32,281 bases of DNA from an uncultured delta proteobacterium (GCA_963798485.1 CAWCTR010000003.1:1-32281), one strand, 5' to 3'; positions 19,169 through 28,963 are shown, counted from the first letter of the stretch. Made by a program: numbers and translations. The notes: generated by a model from the letters alone, not told the origin.

Positions 19169-20518
19169 ATGGGCAGACTGTTCGGCACTGACGGGATCAG
19201 AGGGGTGGCAAACGCCCATCCCATGACCTCCGAATTGGCGCTCAAGGTGGGCAGGGCCATTGCTTATCTTTCAAGGAAAGAGGGCCATACGCCAAGAATC
19301 CTCATCGGCAAGGACACAAGGGTTTCGGGCTACATGCTTGAAAGTGCACTGGTCTCGGGTATCTGTTCCATGGGAGCGGATGCATTGCAGGTCGGGGTCA
19401 TGAGCACGCCCGGGGTCGCCTTCCTCACGGTAAGCATGAGGGCGGATGCGGGCATCGTGATCTCAGCCTCCCACAACCCCTATGAGGATAACGGGATCAA
19501 GATATTTTCCAAGGATGGTTTCAAGCTTCCTGATTCACGCGAGGCGGAGATTGAAAAGATCCTCCTCGCAGAAGACCTCTCCATTTTCCACGCCGAGCCG
19601 GAGACCATCGGCAAGGCCTACCGCATCGATGACGCCAGGGGACGTTATATCGTGTACCTCAAGCGCTCCTTCCCTGATGATTATTCACTGGAAGGCATGA
19701 AGATCGTTCTCGACTGCGCCAATGGGGCCACCTACCGGATTGCGCCGGAGGTCTTTTTCGAGCTCGGCGCCAAGGTGTTACCGCTGTTCCACGAGCCGGA
19801 CGGCAAGAACATCAACAAGGGATGCGGATCACAGCATCCGGAAGCGCTTTCCTATGAGGTAGTGAAAAACGGTGCGGACGCCGGTTTTGCCTTTGACGGT
19901 GATGGCGACAGGGTCATTGCCGTGGACGAGAAGGGAGATGTGCTCACCGGCGATCATATGCTTGCCTTGTGTGCAGCGGCGATGAAGAGGCAGGGAACCC
20001 TCAGGAACAATCTCCTGGTGGCGACCGTTATGAGCAACCTCGGCATGAAGGTCGCCCTGAAGGAACAGGGGATAGACATGGTCGAGACCAAGGTGGGCGA
20101 TCGCTATGTGCTCGAAGAGATGCTCAAGCGCGGGGCAGTCATCGGTGGTGAGCAGTCGGGCCATATCATCTTCCTTGATCATCATACCTCGGGTGACGGT
20201 ATCATCTCGGCCCTGCAGGTGCTCATGGCAATGAAGACCGAGGGCAAGCCGCTTTCCGAGCTAGCAAAGATCATGAAGGTTTTTCCCCAGAGGCTCATCA
20301 ATATTGACGTGAAGAGCAAGCCCGACCTGGAAACATTTCCTGAGATCATGTCGGTGATCAATGAAGTGGAAGGGGTGCTCGGCGAGAAGGGAAGGGTGCT
20401 TGTGCGTTATTCCGGCACCCAGCAGATGTGCCGGGTAATGGTGGAGGGACCCACTGAGCACGAGACCGAGAGGTATAGCAAGATGATCTCAAAGGTGATT
20501 GCCGACAGGATAGGTTAA
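19169..20518 (+). CDS. glmM: Phosphoglucosamine mutase
   Basis: FGTDGIRG, GKDTRVSG, SASHNP, FDGDGDR, GGEQSGH, VRYSGTQ. Confidence 0.97.
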   Translation: MGRLFGTDGIRGVANAHPMTSELALKVGRAIAYLSRKEGHTPRILIGKDTRVSGYMLESALVSGICSMGADALQVGVMSTPGVAFLTVSMRADAGIVISASHNPYEDNGIKIFSKDGFKLPDSREAEIEKILLAEDLSIFHAEPETIGKAYRIDDARGRYIVYLKRSFPDDYSLEGMKIVLDCANGATYRIAPEVFFELGAKVLPLFHEPDGKNINKGCGSQHPEALSYEVVKNGADAGFAFDGDGDRVIAVDEKGDVLTGDHMLALCAAAMKRQGTLRNNLLVATVMSNLGMKVALKEQGIDMVETKVGDRYVLEEMLKRGAVIGGEQSGHIIFLDHHTSGDGIISALQVLMAMKTEGKPLSELAKIMKVFPQRLINIDVKSKPDLETFPEIMSVINEVEGVLGEKGRVLVRYSGTQQMCRVMVEGPTEHETERYSKMISKVIADRIG

Positions 20519-20537
20519 GGCATTAAAGGACTGGTGC

Positions 20538-21785
20538 ATGGAAGGTGATCCTCGCATACAAGCGCTCATGAACAAGGGGGTTATCCTCCCTGATGCCCTC
20601 AATATCTACATCGGCAGAGAAGTGGATCTTGAGCGGATATCAGGCAATGATGTGGTCATTCATCCGGGCTGCAGGATTCAAGGCGGCAAAACCCTGATCA
20701 TGGATGGTGCAAGGCTTGGCCGGGAAGGCCCTGTTACTATCGAAGACTGCCAGTTAGGGCCCAAGGTAGAGCTCAAGGGCGGTTACTTCAGAAAATCGGT
20801 GTTTCACAAGGGGTCAAACATGGCATCCGGGGCGCACGTCAGGGATGCATGCATACTCGAGGAAGAGGCAAGTTGCGCGCACGCGGTAGGCCTCAAGCAC
20901 ACCATATTGTTCCCATTTGTAACGCTCGGGAGCCTGATAAACTTCTGCGATTGCCTCATGGCCGGAGGAACGAGCCGCAAGGATCACAGCGAGGTCGGCA
21001 GCTCGTACATCCACTTCAACTTTACCCCCAACCAGGACAAGGCGACAGCATCGCTTCTGGGAGATGTGCCCTGCGGCGTCATGCTCGACCAGCAGCCCAT
21101 CTTTCTTGGGGGCCAGGGCGGTCTTGTGGGCCCATCCGTTATCGGATACGGGACCGTGATGGCCGCAGGTGTCATCTTTCGAGGCGATTTTGCTGAAGGA
21201 CATAAGATAATTACCGGCACGCAGAACATACCGGCGCGAAAAGAATTCGTTCCAGGGCTCTTGTTGATGATGAAGGACAAGGTCCGGAACAACATTGTCT
21301 ACATTGCCAACCTCATCGCCTTGAAGGCATGGTATTCCCACGTCAGGTCCCTGTTTGCAGGCTCAGTGCCCTTGGACATTGCCTTGCTGGAAGGGGCCAT
21401 TGAAAAACTGGATATGGCCATAACCGAAAGGGTTACAAGGCTTGAGGGCTTAATCGACAAGATCCCTGAATCATTGATCCTGCACAAGGGTTCCTCCGGG
21501 GCATGGGCGCTGCCTGCCATGATCAATCAACAAGAAGAGCTGTCCAAAAACTGGAGCATGATAGCCGATATGATAGAATCAAACCGTTCGTACTCCGGGA
21601 GCGATGAGGTGAGGGACGGATTCCTTGCAGCGCTTTATAAGGATATGCCTGAGGGGAACTCCGACTATATCGCCACCATCAAGGGCCTATCGGAGGGTTC
21701 ACGCAAGAGCGGAACCGCCTGGCTGCATGGTCTCGTGCAGGATATCACCAATAGCGCAATAGACAAAATACCATCGTTTAAATAG
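20538..21785 (+). CDS. GlmU-related left-handed beta-helix protein lacking the N-terminal nucleotidyltransferase domain
   Basis: Starts LMNKGVIL.D..NIYI, like the GlmU linker/LbH start; hexapeptide-like repeats; no GxGxR nucleotidyltransferase motif; immediately follows glmM. Confidence 0.6.
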   Translation: MEGDPRIQALMNKGVILPDALNIYIGREVDLERISGNDVVIHPGCRIQGGKTLIMDGARLGREGPVTIEDCQLGPKVELKGGYFRKSVFHKGSNMASGAHVRDACILEEEASCAHAVGLKHTILFPFVTLGSLINFCDCLMAGGTSRKDHSEVGSSYIHFNFTPNQDKATASLLGDVPCGVMLDQQPIFLGGQGGLVGPSVIGYGTVMAAGVIFRGDFAEGHKIITGTQNIPARKEFVPGLLLMMKDKVRNNIVYIANLIALKAWYSHVRSLFAGSVPLDIALLEGAIEKLDMAITERVTRLEGLIDKIPESLILHKGSSGAWALPAMINQQEELSKNWSMIADMIESNRSYSGSDEVRDGFLAALYKDMPEGNSDYIATIKGLSEGSRKSGTAWLHGLVQDITNSAIDKIPSFK

Positions 21786-21810
21786 AATAGATCCTTGCGC
21801 CGGGGTTAGG

Positions 21811-21838
21811 TAGCCAGAAGTCAGAATCCAGGAGCCAG
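21811..21838. repeat. 7-nt tandem repeat, reverse complement of the 4135 family
   Basis: tagccag aagtcag aatccag gagccag, between convergent genes. Confidence 0.45.
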
Positions 21839-21862
21839 GTATCGTGCTGTATGAATACTATT

Positions 21863-23401
21863 TTATTCCCACTCGATTGTGCTTGGTGGTTTGGAGCTGA
21901 TGTCATAGACAACCCGGTTCACCCCCTTGACCTCATTGATGATGCGGGTGGAAATTTTTGTAAGCAGGTCGTAGGGGAGTTTTACCCAGTCCGCTGTCAT
22001 GCCGTCCAGGCTGTGCACGGCACGGATGGCAATGACATTGGCATAGGTTCGTTCATCACCCATCACCCCGACACTCTTCACAGGCAGCAGTACTGCGAAG
22101 GACTGCCAGACGTCGTGATACCCTTCCCATCGTACCATCTCCTCATGCACCCGCCTGTCCGCCTCCTGGAGGATTTTCACATTCTCTCTGGTCACTTCCC
22201 CAAGGATGCGCACTGCCAGGCCCGGACCTGGGAAGGGCTGACGTTTGAGGATGGAATCAGGCAGACCCAGCTCCTTGCCGAGCACCCTCACCTCGTCCTT
22301 GAAGAGCTCCTTTAAAGGCTCTATGAGCGTGAACTTGAGGTCTTCAGGCAGGCCGCCCACATTGTGGTGGCTCTTGATGGTGGCGGACGGACCGCCCTTG
22401 GCGGACCTGCTCTCGATGACATCCGGGTATAGGGTCCCCTGGGCCAGAAAGTCGGCGCCCCCGATACGGTCGGCCTCACTATAAAATACCTCAATAAAGG
22501 TCCGGCCGATGATCTTGCGTTTCTCTTCGGGTTCACTCACCCCGGCAAAGGCATCGAAGAAGCGATCCTTCGCATCCACAATATCGAGGTTCAGCGGGTA
22601 CACCTCGGTAAAGGTTGTGCGGATCTCCTCGGCCTCACCGCCCCGAAGCACGCCGTTGTCCACGAAGATAGCCGTCATCTGCTTTCCAAGGGCCTTGTTT
22701 ATAAGGGCTGCCACAACCGCTGAGTCTACTCCGCCGGACATGCCGCAGATGACACGCGCCTCACCCACCTGCGCCCTTATGACCTTTATGGATTCTTCGA
22801 TGAACCCCTTCATGGTCCAGCCGCCCGTACACCGGGCAATATTGAAAAGGAAGTTTCTGAGAATCTCTATACCTTTGGGTGTATGCACCACCTCGGGGTG
22901 AAACTGCACGCCGTAAATCTTCCGGCTATCATCCCCCATGGCAGCCACGGTACAGGAGCTTGTATTGGCAAGTATGGAATAACCTTTGGGCGGGGTTGCT
23001 ACATGGTCGCCATGGCTCATCCAGACATCAAGCCTGCTACCCAGTCCGTCAAAGAGATTGCCTGATTTGACCACCTCAATAGTGGCAGGACCGTATTCAC
23101 GGGCTATCCCGCGTTCGAGTTTTCCGCCAAGGATAACCGAAAGGAGCTGCAACCCGTAGCAGATGCCGAGTACCGGGATGCCGAGATTGAAGATTTCGGC
23201 ATCGATCCCGGGGTGATCCTTGTCGAGTACCGAGGCAGGGCCGCCGGAAAGGACCACGGCCTTGGGCGACAAGGCGCTGAGCTCAGTGTGAGAGATATCA
23301 TGGGGAAGTATCTCACAGTACACGCCGCACTCCCTGATACGTCGTGATATAAGCTGGGCATACTGGGAACCGAAATCAAGGACTGCTACAAGCTCACGCA
23401 T
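21863..23401 (-). CDS. guaA: GMP synthase (glutamine-hydrolysing)
   Basis: LDFGSQY, GICYG, QFHPEV, SGGVDS, IKSHHNVGG, SKPPSTIEWE. Confidence 0.99.
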   Translation of the reverse strand: MRELVAVLDFGSQYAQLISRRIRECGVYCEILPHDISHTELSALSPKAVVLSGGPASVLDKDHPGIDAEIFNLGIPVLGICYGLQLLSVILGGKLERGIAREYGPATIEVVKSGNLFDGLGSRLDVWMSHGDHVATPPKGYSILANTSSCTVAAMGDDSRKIYGVQFHPEVVHTPKGIEILRNFLFNIARCTGGWTMKGFIEESIKVIRAQVGEARVICGMSGGVDSAVVAALINKALGKQMTAIFVDNGVLRGGEAEEIRTTFTEVYPLNLDIVDAKDRFFDAFAGVSEPEEKRKIIGRTFIEVFYSEADRIGGADFLAQGTLYPDVIESRSAKGGPSATIKSHHNVGGLPEDLKFTLIEPLKELFKDEVRVLGKELGLPDSILKRQPFPGPGLAVRILGEVTRENVKILQEADRRVHEEMVRWEGYHDVWQSFAVLLPVKSVGVMGDERTYANVIAIRAVHSLDGMTADWVKLPYDLLTKISTRIINEVKGVNRVVYDISSKPPSTIEWE

Positions 23402-23424
23402 TGATTACTACTCCAAATGATTTA

Positions 23425-24255
23425 TTACCGGACAATGACCTCTCCGGTGAAGACCGTCTCCACCGGGCCCATAAGCCAGACCTCTAAGTATTGGTTGCCT
23501 TGTTTGGTAAAGTCGATCTTCAGTTCGCCGCCTTTCATGGTAACAAGCACAGTAGTGCTTGCGACCTTTCCCAGGTGCTCCGAGATAATGGCGGATGCCA
23601 CGGCGCCTGTACCGCACGCCAGGGTCTCATCCTCCACCCCGCGCTCGTAGGTGCGTACACGGATTCGATTGTGGTCAAGCACCTGCACAAAATCGGCGTT
23701 GGTCCCTGCCGGTAAGAAGCGGCTGTGAAACCTAATGGCCCGGCCGAGGTCTGCTACAGGCTCATTATCGATGGCATCGGAAAATAATATTGCATGCGGA
23801 ACACCTGTGTTGATGAAGTGCGCTATCAGGTGTTTGCCCAAGACATCAATTGCGATATCGGTTTCCAGCCCGAAAGGCTCTGTCATCTCTACGGCGACAT
23901 CTTCTCCATCAATCCTGGCGCCTATAGTGCCTGCCGGGGTCTTGAAACGCATGGGAGTTCCTGCGATGGCCTGTTGACGGGCAAAAAGGGCTGCACACCG
24001 TGCGCCGTTGCCGCACATCTCGGCCTCGCTTCCGTCGGCATTGAAGATCCGCAACGTGAAATCAGTATCTTTATCTTCACCCAGCACGATCACGCCATCC
24101 GCGCCTATGCCGGTCTTCAAGGCGCAGGAGCGGATTGCAAAGGCCTGCCAGTCAAGATGAACAGGGTTTTTTACATTGTTCACCATGATAAAGTCGTTTC
24201 CAGCCCCTGCCATCTTGGTGAAGGGAACCCTTATCTCGCCGGTTGTTGATCCCAT
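23425..24255 (-). CDS. dapF: Diaminopimelate epimerase
   Basis: FTKMAGAGNDF, NADGSEAEMCGNGARC, ERGVEDETLACGTG. Confidence 0.97.
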   Translation of the reverse strand: MGSTTGEIRVPFTKMAGAGNDFIMVNNVKNPVHLDWQAFAIRSCALKTGIGADGVIVLGEDKDTDFTLRIFNADGSEAEMCGNGARCAALFARQQAIAGTPMRFKTPAGTIGARIDGEDVAVEMTEPFGLETDIAIDVLGKHLIAHFINTGVPHAILFSDAIDNEPVADLGRAIRFHSRFLPAGTNADFVQVLDHNRIRVRTYERGVEDETLACGTGAVASAIISEHLGKVASTTVLVTMKGGELKIDFTKQGNQYLEVWLMGPVETVFTGEVIVR

Positions 24256-24505
24256 GACCTCTTACGCCCCTGGTATTAAGAAAATCACACATTTTTTATG
24301 CGATATTCAAGATAGTGTTGACTTAACAGAGTAAGTGTTGTGCGTCAAGAATGGAAGCAGTGTGTCTTTTGTCTGGATCATTCATTAATAAGTCTATATA
24401 ATGCGAGCGTTTCTATTGCCCTAGCACGTGTTCTCTACTATATAAAATACAGGGTATATACTTCTCATATTAGCCAGTGTGTATTTATGCATGGGGACAT
24501 TAAAC

Positions 24506-26284
24506 ATGAATAATGAAAATAAGCAGAGAGAAGAGCTTATAAAGGAGCTGGCCGAAGCCCGGCATACCATCACTGAACTGAATAAGATGGCATTCGAGCA
24601 AAAGAAGGTTGAGGAAGAATTACGTGAGGGGGAAGAAAAATACCGCATTCATTTCTCGCTGGCAAACGATGTCATGTTCTCCTACGATAACCAATTCAGG
24701 ATTCTCAGTGTCTCCCCCAATGTAGAGAGAGTCCTCGGGTACAAACCTGAGGAACTGATCGGCGGGACCTTTCACGATCTTCATGTTCTGCACCCGGATT
24801 ATATGGAATTGGCGTTCAATAACGCACTGAAGGTTCTCTCAGGAGAGACTGTATATTCTTCTATTTACGAGTTTATTTCTAAAGACGGGGTAAGAAAATT
24901 CGGAGAGGTCAGCGGTGTCCCCCTTAAGCGCGATGGCAAGGTCGTGGCGGTGGTCACCGTAGCCAGGGATATTACCGAACGGATTAAGATGGGGGAATCT
25001 TTGCAGGAAAGCGAGGAAAGATACCGAATCACCTTGCAGAGTATGCCGGATGCGGTGAGCATCATCAGGGTTCAGGATTCGCACTATCTCTATGTTAATG
25101 ATGCATTCAGCAAGATAACCGGGTACTCACTTGATGAGGCCATAGGGAAAACGCCTTTTGACCTGAATCTGCCGGCAGGTTCAGATGTTATTGATCATTG
25201 CATTGAGCTCATTAAAGACAACAGATCCGTTGACAGCCTCGAGCACCAGTGCCGGAAGAAAGATGGAACCATCATTGACACCCTTATTTCCGCCAGGCCG
25301 ATTCACTATAGTGGGGATAACTGTATGATCATGGTCATGGCGGATATCACCGATCTTAAACAGATCGAAGAAGAGAAGAAGAGGTTGGAGATACAATCTC
25401 AGAAAATGGATTCCATCGGGACATTAGCCGGCGGCATAGCCCATGATTTTAATAATCTCCTTACTACCATCATCGGGTTCACGAAGATGTCAATGAAAGA
25501 TATCATGGGACAGGCCAAGGGTGAGATAGACTTAAGCGTGGTCCGAAGCGATCTGGGTGAAGTGCGTAATGCAGCCTTACGGGCAAGAGACCTTGTGAAT
25601 CATATCCTGGCATTCAGCAGGCATACCGAAAAGGAATATGCGCCGATAGACCTCGGTTCGACAGTAAGAGAATCGCTCAAGGTGTTGCGTCCGACATTCC
25701 CCGCAAATATCAAGATTCGTGAGGACCTTTCAGATTCAAAGATAATCCTGGGTGATCCCGCTCAGATTCATCAGGTAATAATGAACCTCTGTACAAATGC
25801 AGCCTATGCCATGGATAAAACCGGGGGTGAGCTCGAAGTAAGCATTGCAAAGATTGAAGTAGGTGGTAACACTGCAACCCTTAACCTGGATGTGCCTGCA
25901 GGTCCTTATGTAAGGCTGACCGTCAGGGATACCGGCCATGGCATGACAAATAAGGTCATGGTGCGGATCTTCGATCCCTATTTTACCACCAAATTCAATG
26001 GAAGAGGCACCGGCCTTGGATTATCGGTTGTCCACGGGATTGTGAAAAGTCATGGAGGCACAATCACCTGTAAGAGTGCCTCAGGGGAAGGAACCACCTT
26101 TGATATTTACCTGCCTGAGTTCGAATTAAAAAAGGAGCAAGAGGGAAATACCATTAAAACGACCGGTACCATGGAGAACAAGAGGATCCTCAATCTTGAT
26201 GATGAGCTATCTCAAGATGAGATGGTGAACAAGACGAGGGACAATCAAGGGATATTCATCGATCCCAAAAACAAACAGGTGTAA
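24506..26284 (+). CDS. Cytoplasmic PAS-PAS sensor histidine kinase with a vestigial receiver start
   Basis: Two PAS/PAC units ending RDITER and ADITDLK; H-box GIAHDFNN; N-box NLCTNA; DTGHG, FDPYFTTK, GTGLGL; tail KRILNLDDE. Confidence 0.92.
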   Translation: MNNENKQREELIKELAEARHTITELNKMAFEQKKVEEELREGEEKYRIHFSLANDVMFSYDNQFRILSVSPNVERVLGYKPEELIGGTFHDLHVLHPDYMELAFNNALKVLSGETVYSSIYEFISKDGVRKFGEVSGVPLKRDGKVVAVVTVARDITERIKMGESLQESEERYRITLQSMPDAVSIIRVQDSHYLYVNDAFSKITGYSLDEAIGKTPFDLNLPAGSDVIDHCIELIKDNRSVDSLEHQCRKKDGTIIDTLISARPIHYSGDNCMIMVMADITDLKQIEEEKKRLEIQSQKMDSIGTLAGGIAHDFNNLLTTIIGFTKMSMKDIMGQAKGEIDLSVVRSDLGEVRNAALRARDLVNHILAFSRHTEKEYAPIDLGSTVRESLKVLRPTFPANIKIREDLSDSKIILGDPAQIHQVIMNLCTNAAYAMDKTGGELEVSIAKIEVGGNTATLNLDVPAGPYVRLTVRDTGHGMTNKVMVRIFDPYFTTKFNGRGTGLGLSVVHGIVKSHGGTITCKSASGEGTTFDIYLPEFELKKEQEGNTIKTTGTMENKRILNLDDELSQDEMVNKTRDNQGIFIDPKNKQV

Positions 26285-26477
26285 GCAGGACCAACGGCAA
26301 CTTGATCTTAAAGGCATCGGAAAGGACGTACTCCTGTTTAACCCGGAATATTTGATTCTGCCTGAATCAGGTCTTGCTTTATCATATTTATGATAGCACC
26401 CTTACATATATTATATTACAAGATAATACACTACCCCTTTCGGTTCCCGGAAAAATGAAATAAGCGTTAGCTGGGAG

Positions 26478-27173
26478 CTATTCACCTGAATATTGGCGTA
26501 AATGGCTGAGGGTCCGGCGGAACGCGTCGGCCGCATCAGTTGGTGACCACGCCTTTGAAGATTTTATGGTAAAGCCATGCCCGGCATAGGGATACTCAAA
26601 GACTTCCAGCATGACTTTGCCTTCGCTCTTCTTAGCCGCATCAGCCAACTTCCGGGCCGTTTCAATTCGGCAGCAATTCCTGTAGGTATCACTCCCTCCG
26701 GCAAACATCAGCGTTGGCACCTTAATTTTTGAGACAAAGTCGTCTGGATTCGTAATGTAGTAGGTCGCTGGATAGTAAACCACAACCGCGGAAACCAATT
26801 CCGGCATTCGTGTTGCATAGGTTAGGGTAGAGGCCCCGCCGAGCGAAAAGCCTACCACCGCCACCTTGCCGGGCAAAGCGTGCGGCGACTGTTGTGAGCG
26901 AGTAATGACACCCTTTAAGAGAGCCTCGCCACCGCCACCCTTTATCCAGAAGTCGTTACCGTCGACAAGAACTGCATAATAGCCTTGCTCGGCAAAGTCT
27001 TTTGCGACGTATGCGTAGTTGCCGGGACCCGTTTGTCCGGAGACGACAACGACCACTCGCCCTTTTCCCATCGGCGGTTCATATTCCTTCTGGGAAGGCA
27101 ACGGTGCATCCGCGTAAGCCCGACCCATGAAGACAAAAAGCATTATTGCGATGACACGACAATTTATTCTCAT
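26478..27173 (-). CDS. Secreted dienelactone-hydrolase-family alpha/beta hydrolase
   Basis: Signal peptide; GFSLG nucleophile motif; GGSD; YPYAGHGF. Confidence 0.8.
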   Translation of the reverse strand: MRINCRVIAIMLFVFMGRAYADAPLPSQKEYEPPMGKGRVVVVVSGQTGPGNYAYVAKDFAEQGYYAVLVDGNDFWIKGGGGEALLKGVITRSQQSPHALPGKVAVVGFSLGGASTLTYATRMPELVSAVVVYYPATYYITNPDDFVSKIKVPTLMFAGGSDTYRNCCRIETARKLADAAKKSEGKVMLEVFEYPYAGHGFTIKSSKAWSPTDAADAFRRTLSHLRQYSGE

Positions 27174-27322
27174 GACAAATTCCCCTTTGATTTATTGGAT
27201 TCTTGACGCAACCGCCGAACGTGACACACAAATTTTGATGCAATTCATTTATCAAAACCAAGCCATTATGCTCACGATCGACCCGGCCATTCGGCTATAA
27301 GTTCTATCTCACAATCAGAGCC

Positions 27323-27379
27323 GTCCAACGGCAGGCATCACCGGTGGCTTTAGCCGTCCGGTGGATGCGAGTGTTGGAG
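27323..27379 (-). repeat. attC site 1 (57 bp)
   Basis: gtccaac ggcaggc atcaccggtggctttagccgtccggtggat gcgagt gttggag. Confidence 0.88.
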
Positions 27380-27383
27380 GCGT

Positions 27384-27791
27384 TCATTTTTCTTTTCTAT
27401 GAATAATATCTGAAAATGATCTTGGGCTTAAGATTGGTATCTCTTTATATTTTTCAAGAGTGAGTAAGTCTTTATCACCTGTTACGATGTAGTCTGCACT
27501 GGACGCAATTGCTAACCCAAGTATTTTTATGTCATCCGCATCACGGCAGGCATCCTGTGGCAGCGAAACTGGATTGAACATAGTGGCATGTTCCTGAAGA
27601 AATTCCTTGATAATATGAACCATTGTTACAGGGAGCTTTATTTTCCGTTGGAGATTTCTCGCAATCTCATTCAACAAATCTTCACAAAGAATTAACGCAT
27701 GTTCACTGAGACATAGCTCAAAAATGGATTCGCATAGTCCGCGAGAAGCGAATGCAGCAACAATAACATTAGCAGCAAGAACAATCTTCAT
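27384..27791 (-). CDS. PIN-domain (VapC-like) toxin, first catalytic Asp replaced by Ala
   Basis: MKIVLAANV (consensus VLD.NV), CRDADD, ADYIVTGDKDLL. Confidence 0.85.
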   Translation of the reverse strand: MKIVLAANVIVAAFASRGLCESIFELCLSEHALILCEDLLNEIARNLQRKIKLPVTMVHIIKEFLQEHATMFNPVSLPQDACRDADDIKILGLAIASSADYIVTGDKDLLTLEKYKEIPILSPRSFSDIIHRKEK

Positions 27792-28003
27792 GAAATTGCT
27801 TTGAAGACGTCCTCATCAGTTAAAAAACCTTGGGCCTCGGCAAAGGGCAGTACCTTTCTCCGCAAAGAACGAAATTTCTCAACGGCAACATAGCGCCGAA
27901 TGGATTCTCTTACAATATCACTTACAGGTTTGCTCTGCTCTTCGCTGAGCTTTTGTAAATCATCTTTTAAATCTTCTGGTAATCTAATAGTTAATGTATT
28001 CAT
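27788..28003 (-). CDS. RHH/CopG-family antitoxin
   Basis: MNTLTIRLPEDLK..L..LS....PVSDIVRESI; ATGA overlap with the PIN gene. Confidence 0.85.
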   Translation of the reverse strand: MNTLTIRLPEDLKDDLQKLSEEQSKPVSDIVRESIRRYVAVEKFRSLRRKVLPFAEAQGFLTDEDVFKAIS

Positions 28004-28053
28004 GGTAAGACATTGTAGCACATTATTTTAGAAAATCAATATCTGGCTATAGC

Positions 28054-28113
28054 ATCCAACGATTAGGGTCAGCGGCGGTTGTAAGCCGTCCGGTGGATTA
28101 GCTTGGGTTGTGT
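28054..28113 (-). repeat. attC site 2 (60 bp)
   Basis: atccaac..gtcagcggcggttgtaagccgtccggtggat..gttgtgt. Confidence 0.82.
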
Positions 28114-28118
28114 TGCCA

Positions 28119-28451
28119 CTACCAACTTTTTTTACGATCTGTTCCACATTGCCAACAAGTAGTGAACTGAGGTTCGAGTATTTCACCACATTTGGTACAA
28201 CGCCACAGTTTACCAATGATGACATGTGAACCAAATCCTTGCTCATAGCGTGAGACAATTCCCAATGCCTTTTCTATCTGACTATCTTCCTGAATCCAGA
28301 CTGATGGTAGAGTGTCTTCTGTTATTGCGAGCGCACCCAAGGCACCAAAGAGCGCTTCTCCTTGTACTTCCGATTCTATACCTTCCAACTCCAAAAGGCC
28401 TTTAACCAAGTGTGCCTCTGAGGGGTGTCGTGCGATGAATACTTTTTTCAC
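28119..28451 (-). CDS. DUF2007-like putative signal-transducing protein with C-terminal zinc ribbon
   Basis: EAHLVKGLLELEGIE; WRCTKCGE..EPQFTTCWQCG. Confidence 0.75.
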   Translation of the reverse strand: MKKVFIARHPSEAHLVKGLLELEGIESEVQGEALFGALGALAITEDTLPSVWIQEDSQIEKALGIVSRYEQGFGSHVIIGKLWRCTKCGEILEPQFTTCWQCGTDRKKSW

Positions 28452-28461
28452 AGCTAATCTC

Positions 28462-28513
28462 CAACAACGCTACGTATCACCGGCGGCTTTAGCCGTCCAT
28501 GCGATGGTCAGCC
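28462..28513 (-). repeat. attC site 3, degenerate (52 bp)
   Basis: caacaac gctacgt atcaccggcggctttagccgtcc at gcgatg gtcagcc; lacks 5 nt (ggtgg) relative to site 1, and R'' reads GAC instead of AAC. Confidence 0.75.
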
Positions 28514-28653
28514 CACAAGTTTATCGTATAGTGAAGAGAAGGATGATAAGGATTGGTTTTTAGGATCTGGAAGTAATGGTCAGCGTGTTCTCTAATATTT
28601 TCTGGAAGCCGGTCATAACATTCCCAAAATGCAGGTGAAGCAAAATGCTTCAA
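28508..28653 (-). pseudogene. ParE/RelE-like toxin with internal deletion
   Basis: TTG start overlaps the antitoxin stop; MKHFASPAFWECYDRLPENIREHADHYFQILKTNPYHPSLH, then YDKLVG* in another frame. Confidence 0.75.
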
Positions 28654-28850
28654 ATTTCTCTCGTCTTTCCTGCGTTATGTGCAGTCAAAGCCTGTTCTGC
28701 CAATTTATCGAGCTTGCCTACGTTTGTGTCTTTCTCGATCTGACAGTCCCATTCATCAGAATCAAATTTTCTGAACCAATCCCTGAAGGAAGCTAGCTCT
28801 TTACGATCAAGCTTTTGTATCTCTTGCTCCAATTTCTGAACTTTTGTCAG
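28650..28850 (-). CDS. Small antitoxin partner of the ParE-like toxin; CTG at the expected start
   Basis: (CTG)TKVQKLEQEIQKLDRKELASFRDWF..DEWDCQIEKD..GKLDKLA; GGGGGTGA upstream. Confidence 0.7.
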   Translation of the reverse strand: MTKVQKLEQEIQKLDRKELASFRDWFRKFDSDEWDCQIEKDTNVGKLDKLAEQALTAHNAGKTREI

Positions 28851-28902
28851 ATGATCACCCCAAAAACATATATAGCATATCTCTTAATAGGAGTCACGAA
28901 GG

Positions 28903-28959
28903 GGCTAACGTGCCGATCACCGGCGGCTGTAAGCCGTCCGGTAGATTTGCTGGTTGGAT
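28903..28959 (-). repeat. attC site 4 (57 bp)
   Basis: ggctaac gtgccg atcaccggcggctgtaagccgtccggtagat ttgctg gttggat. Confidence 0.88.
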
Positions 28960-28963
28960 GCCT

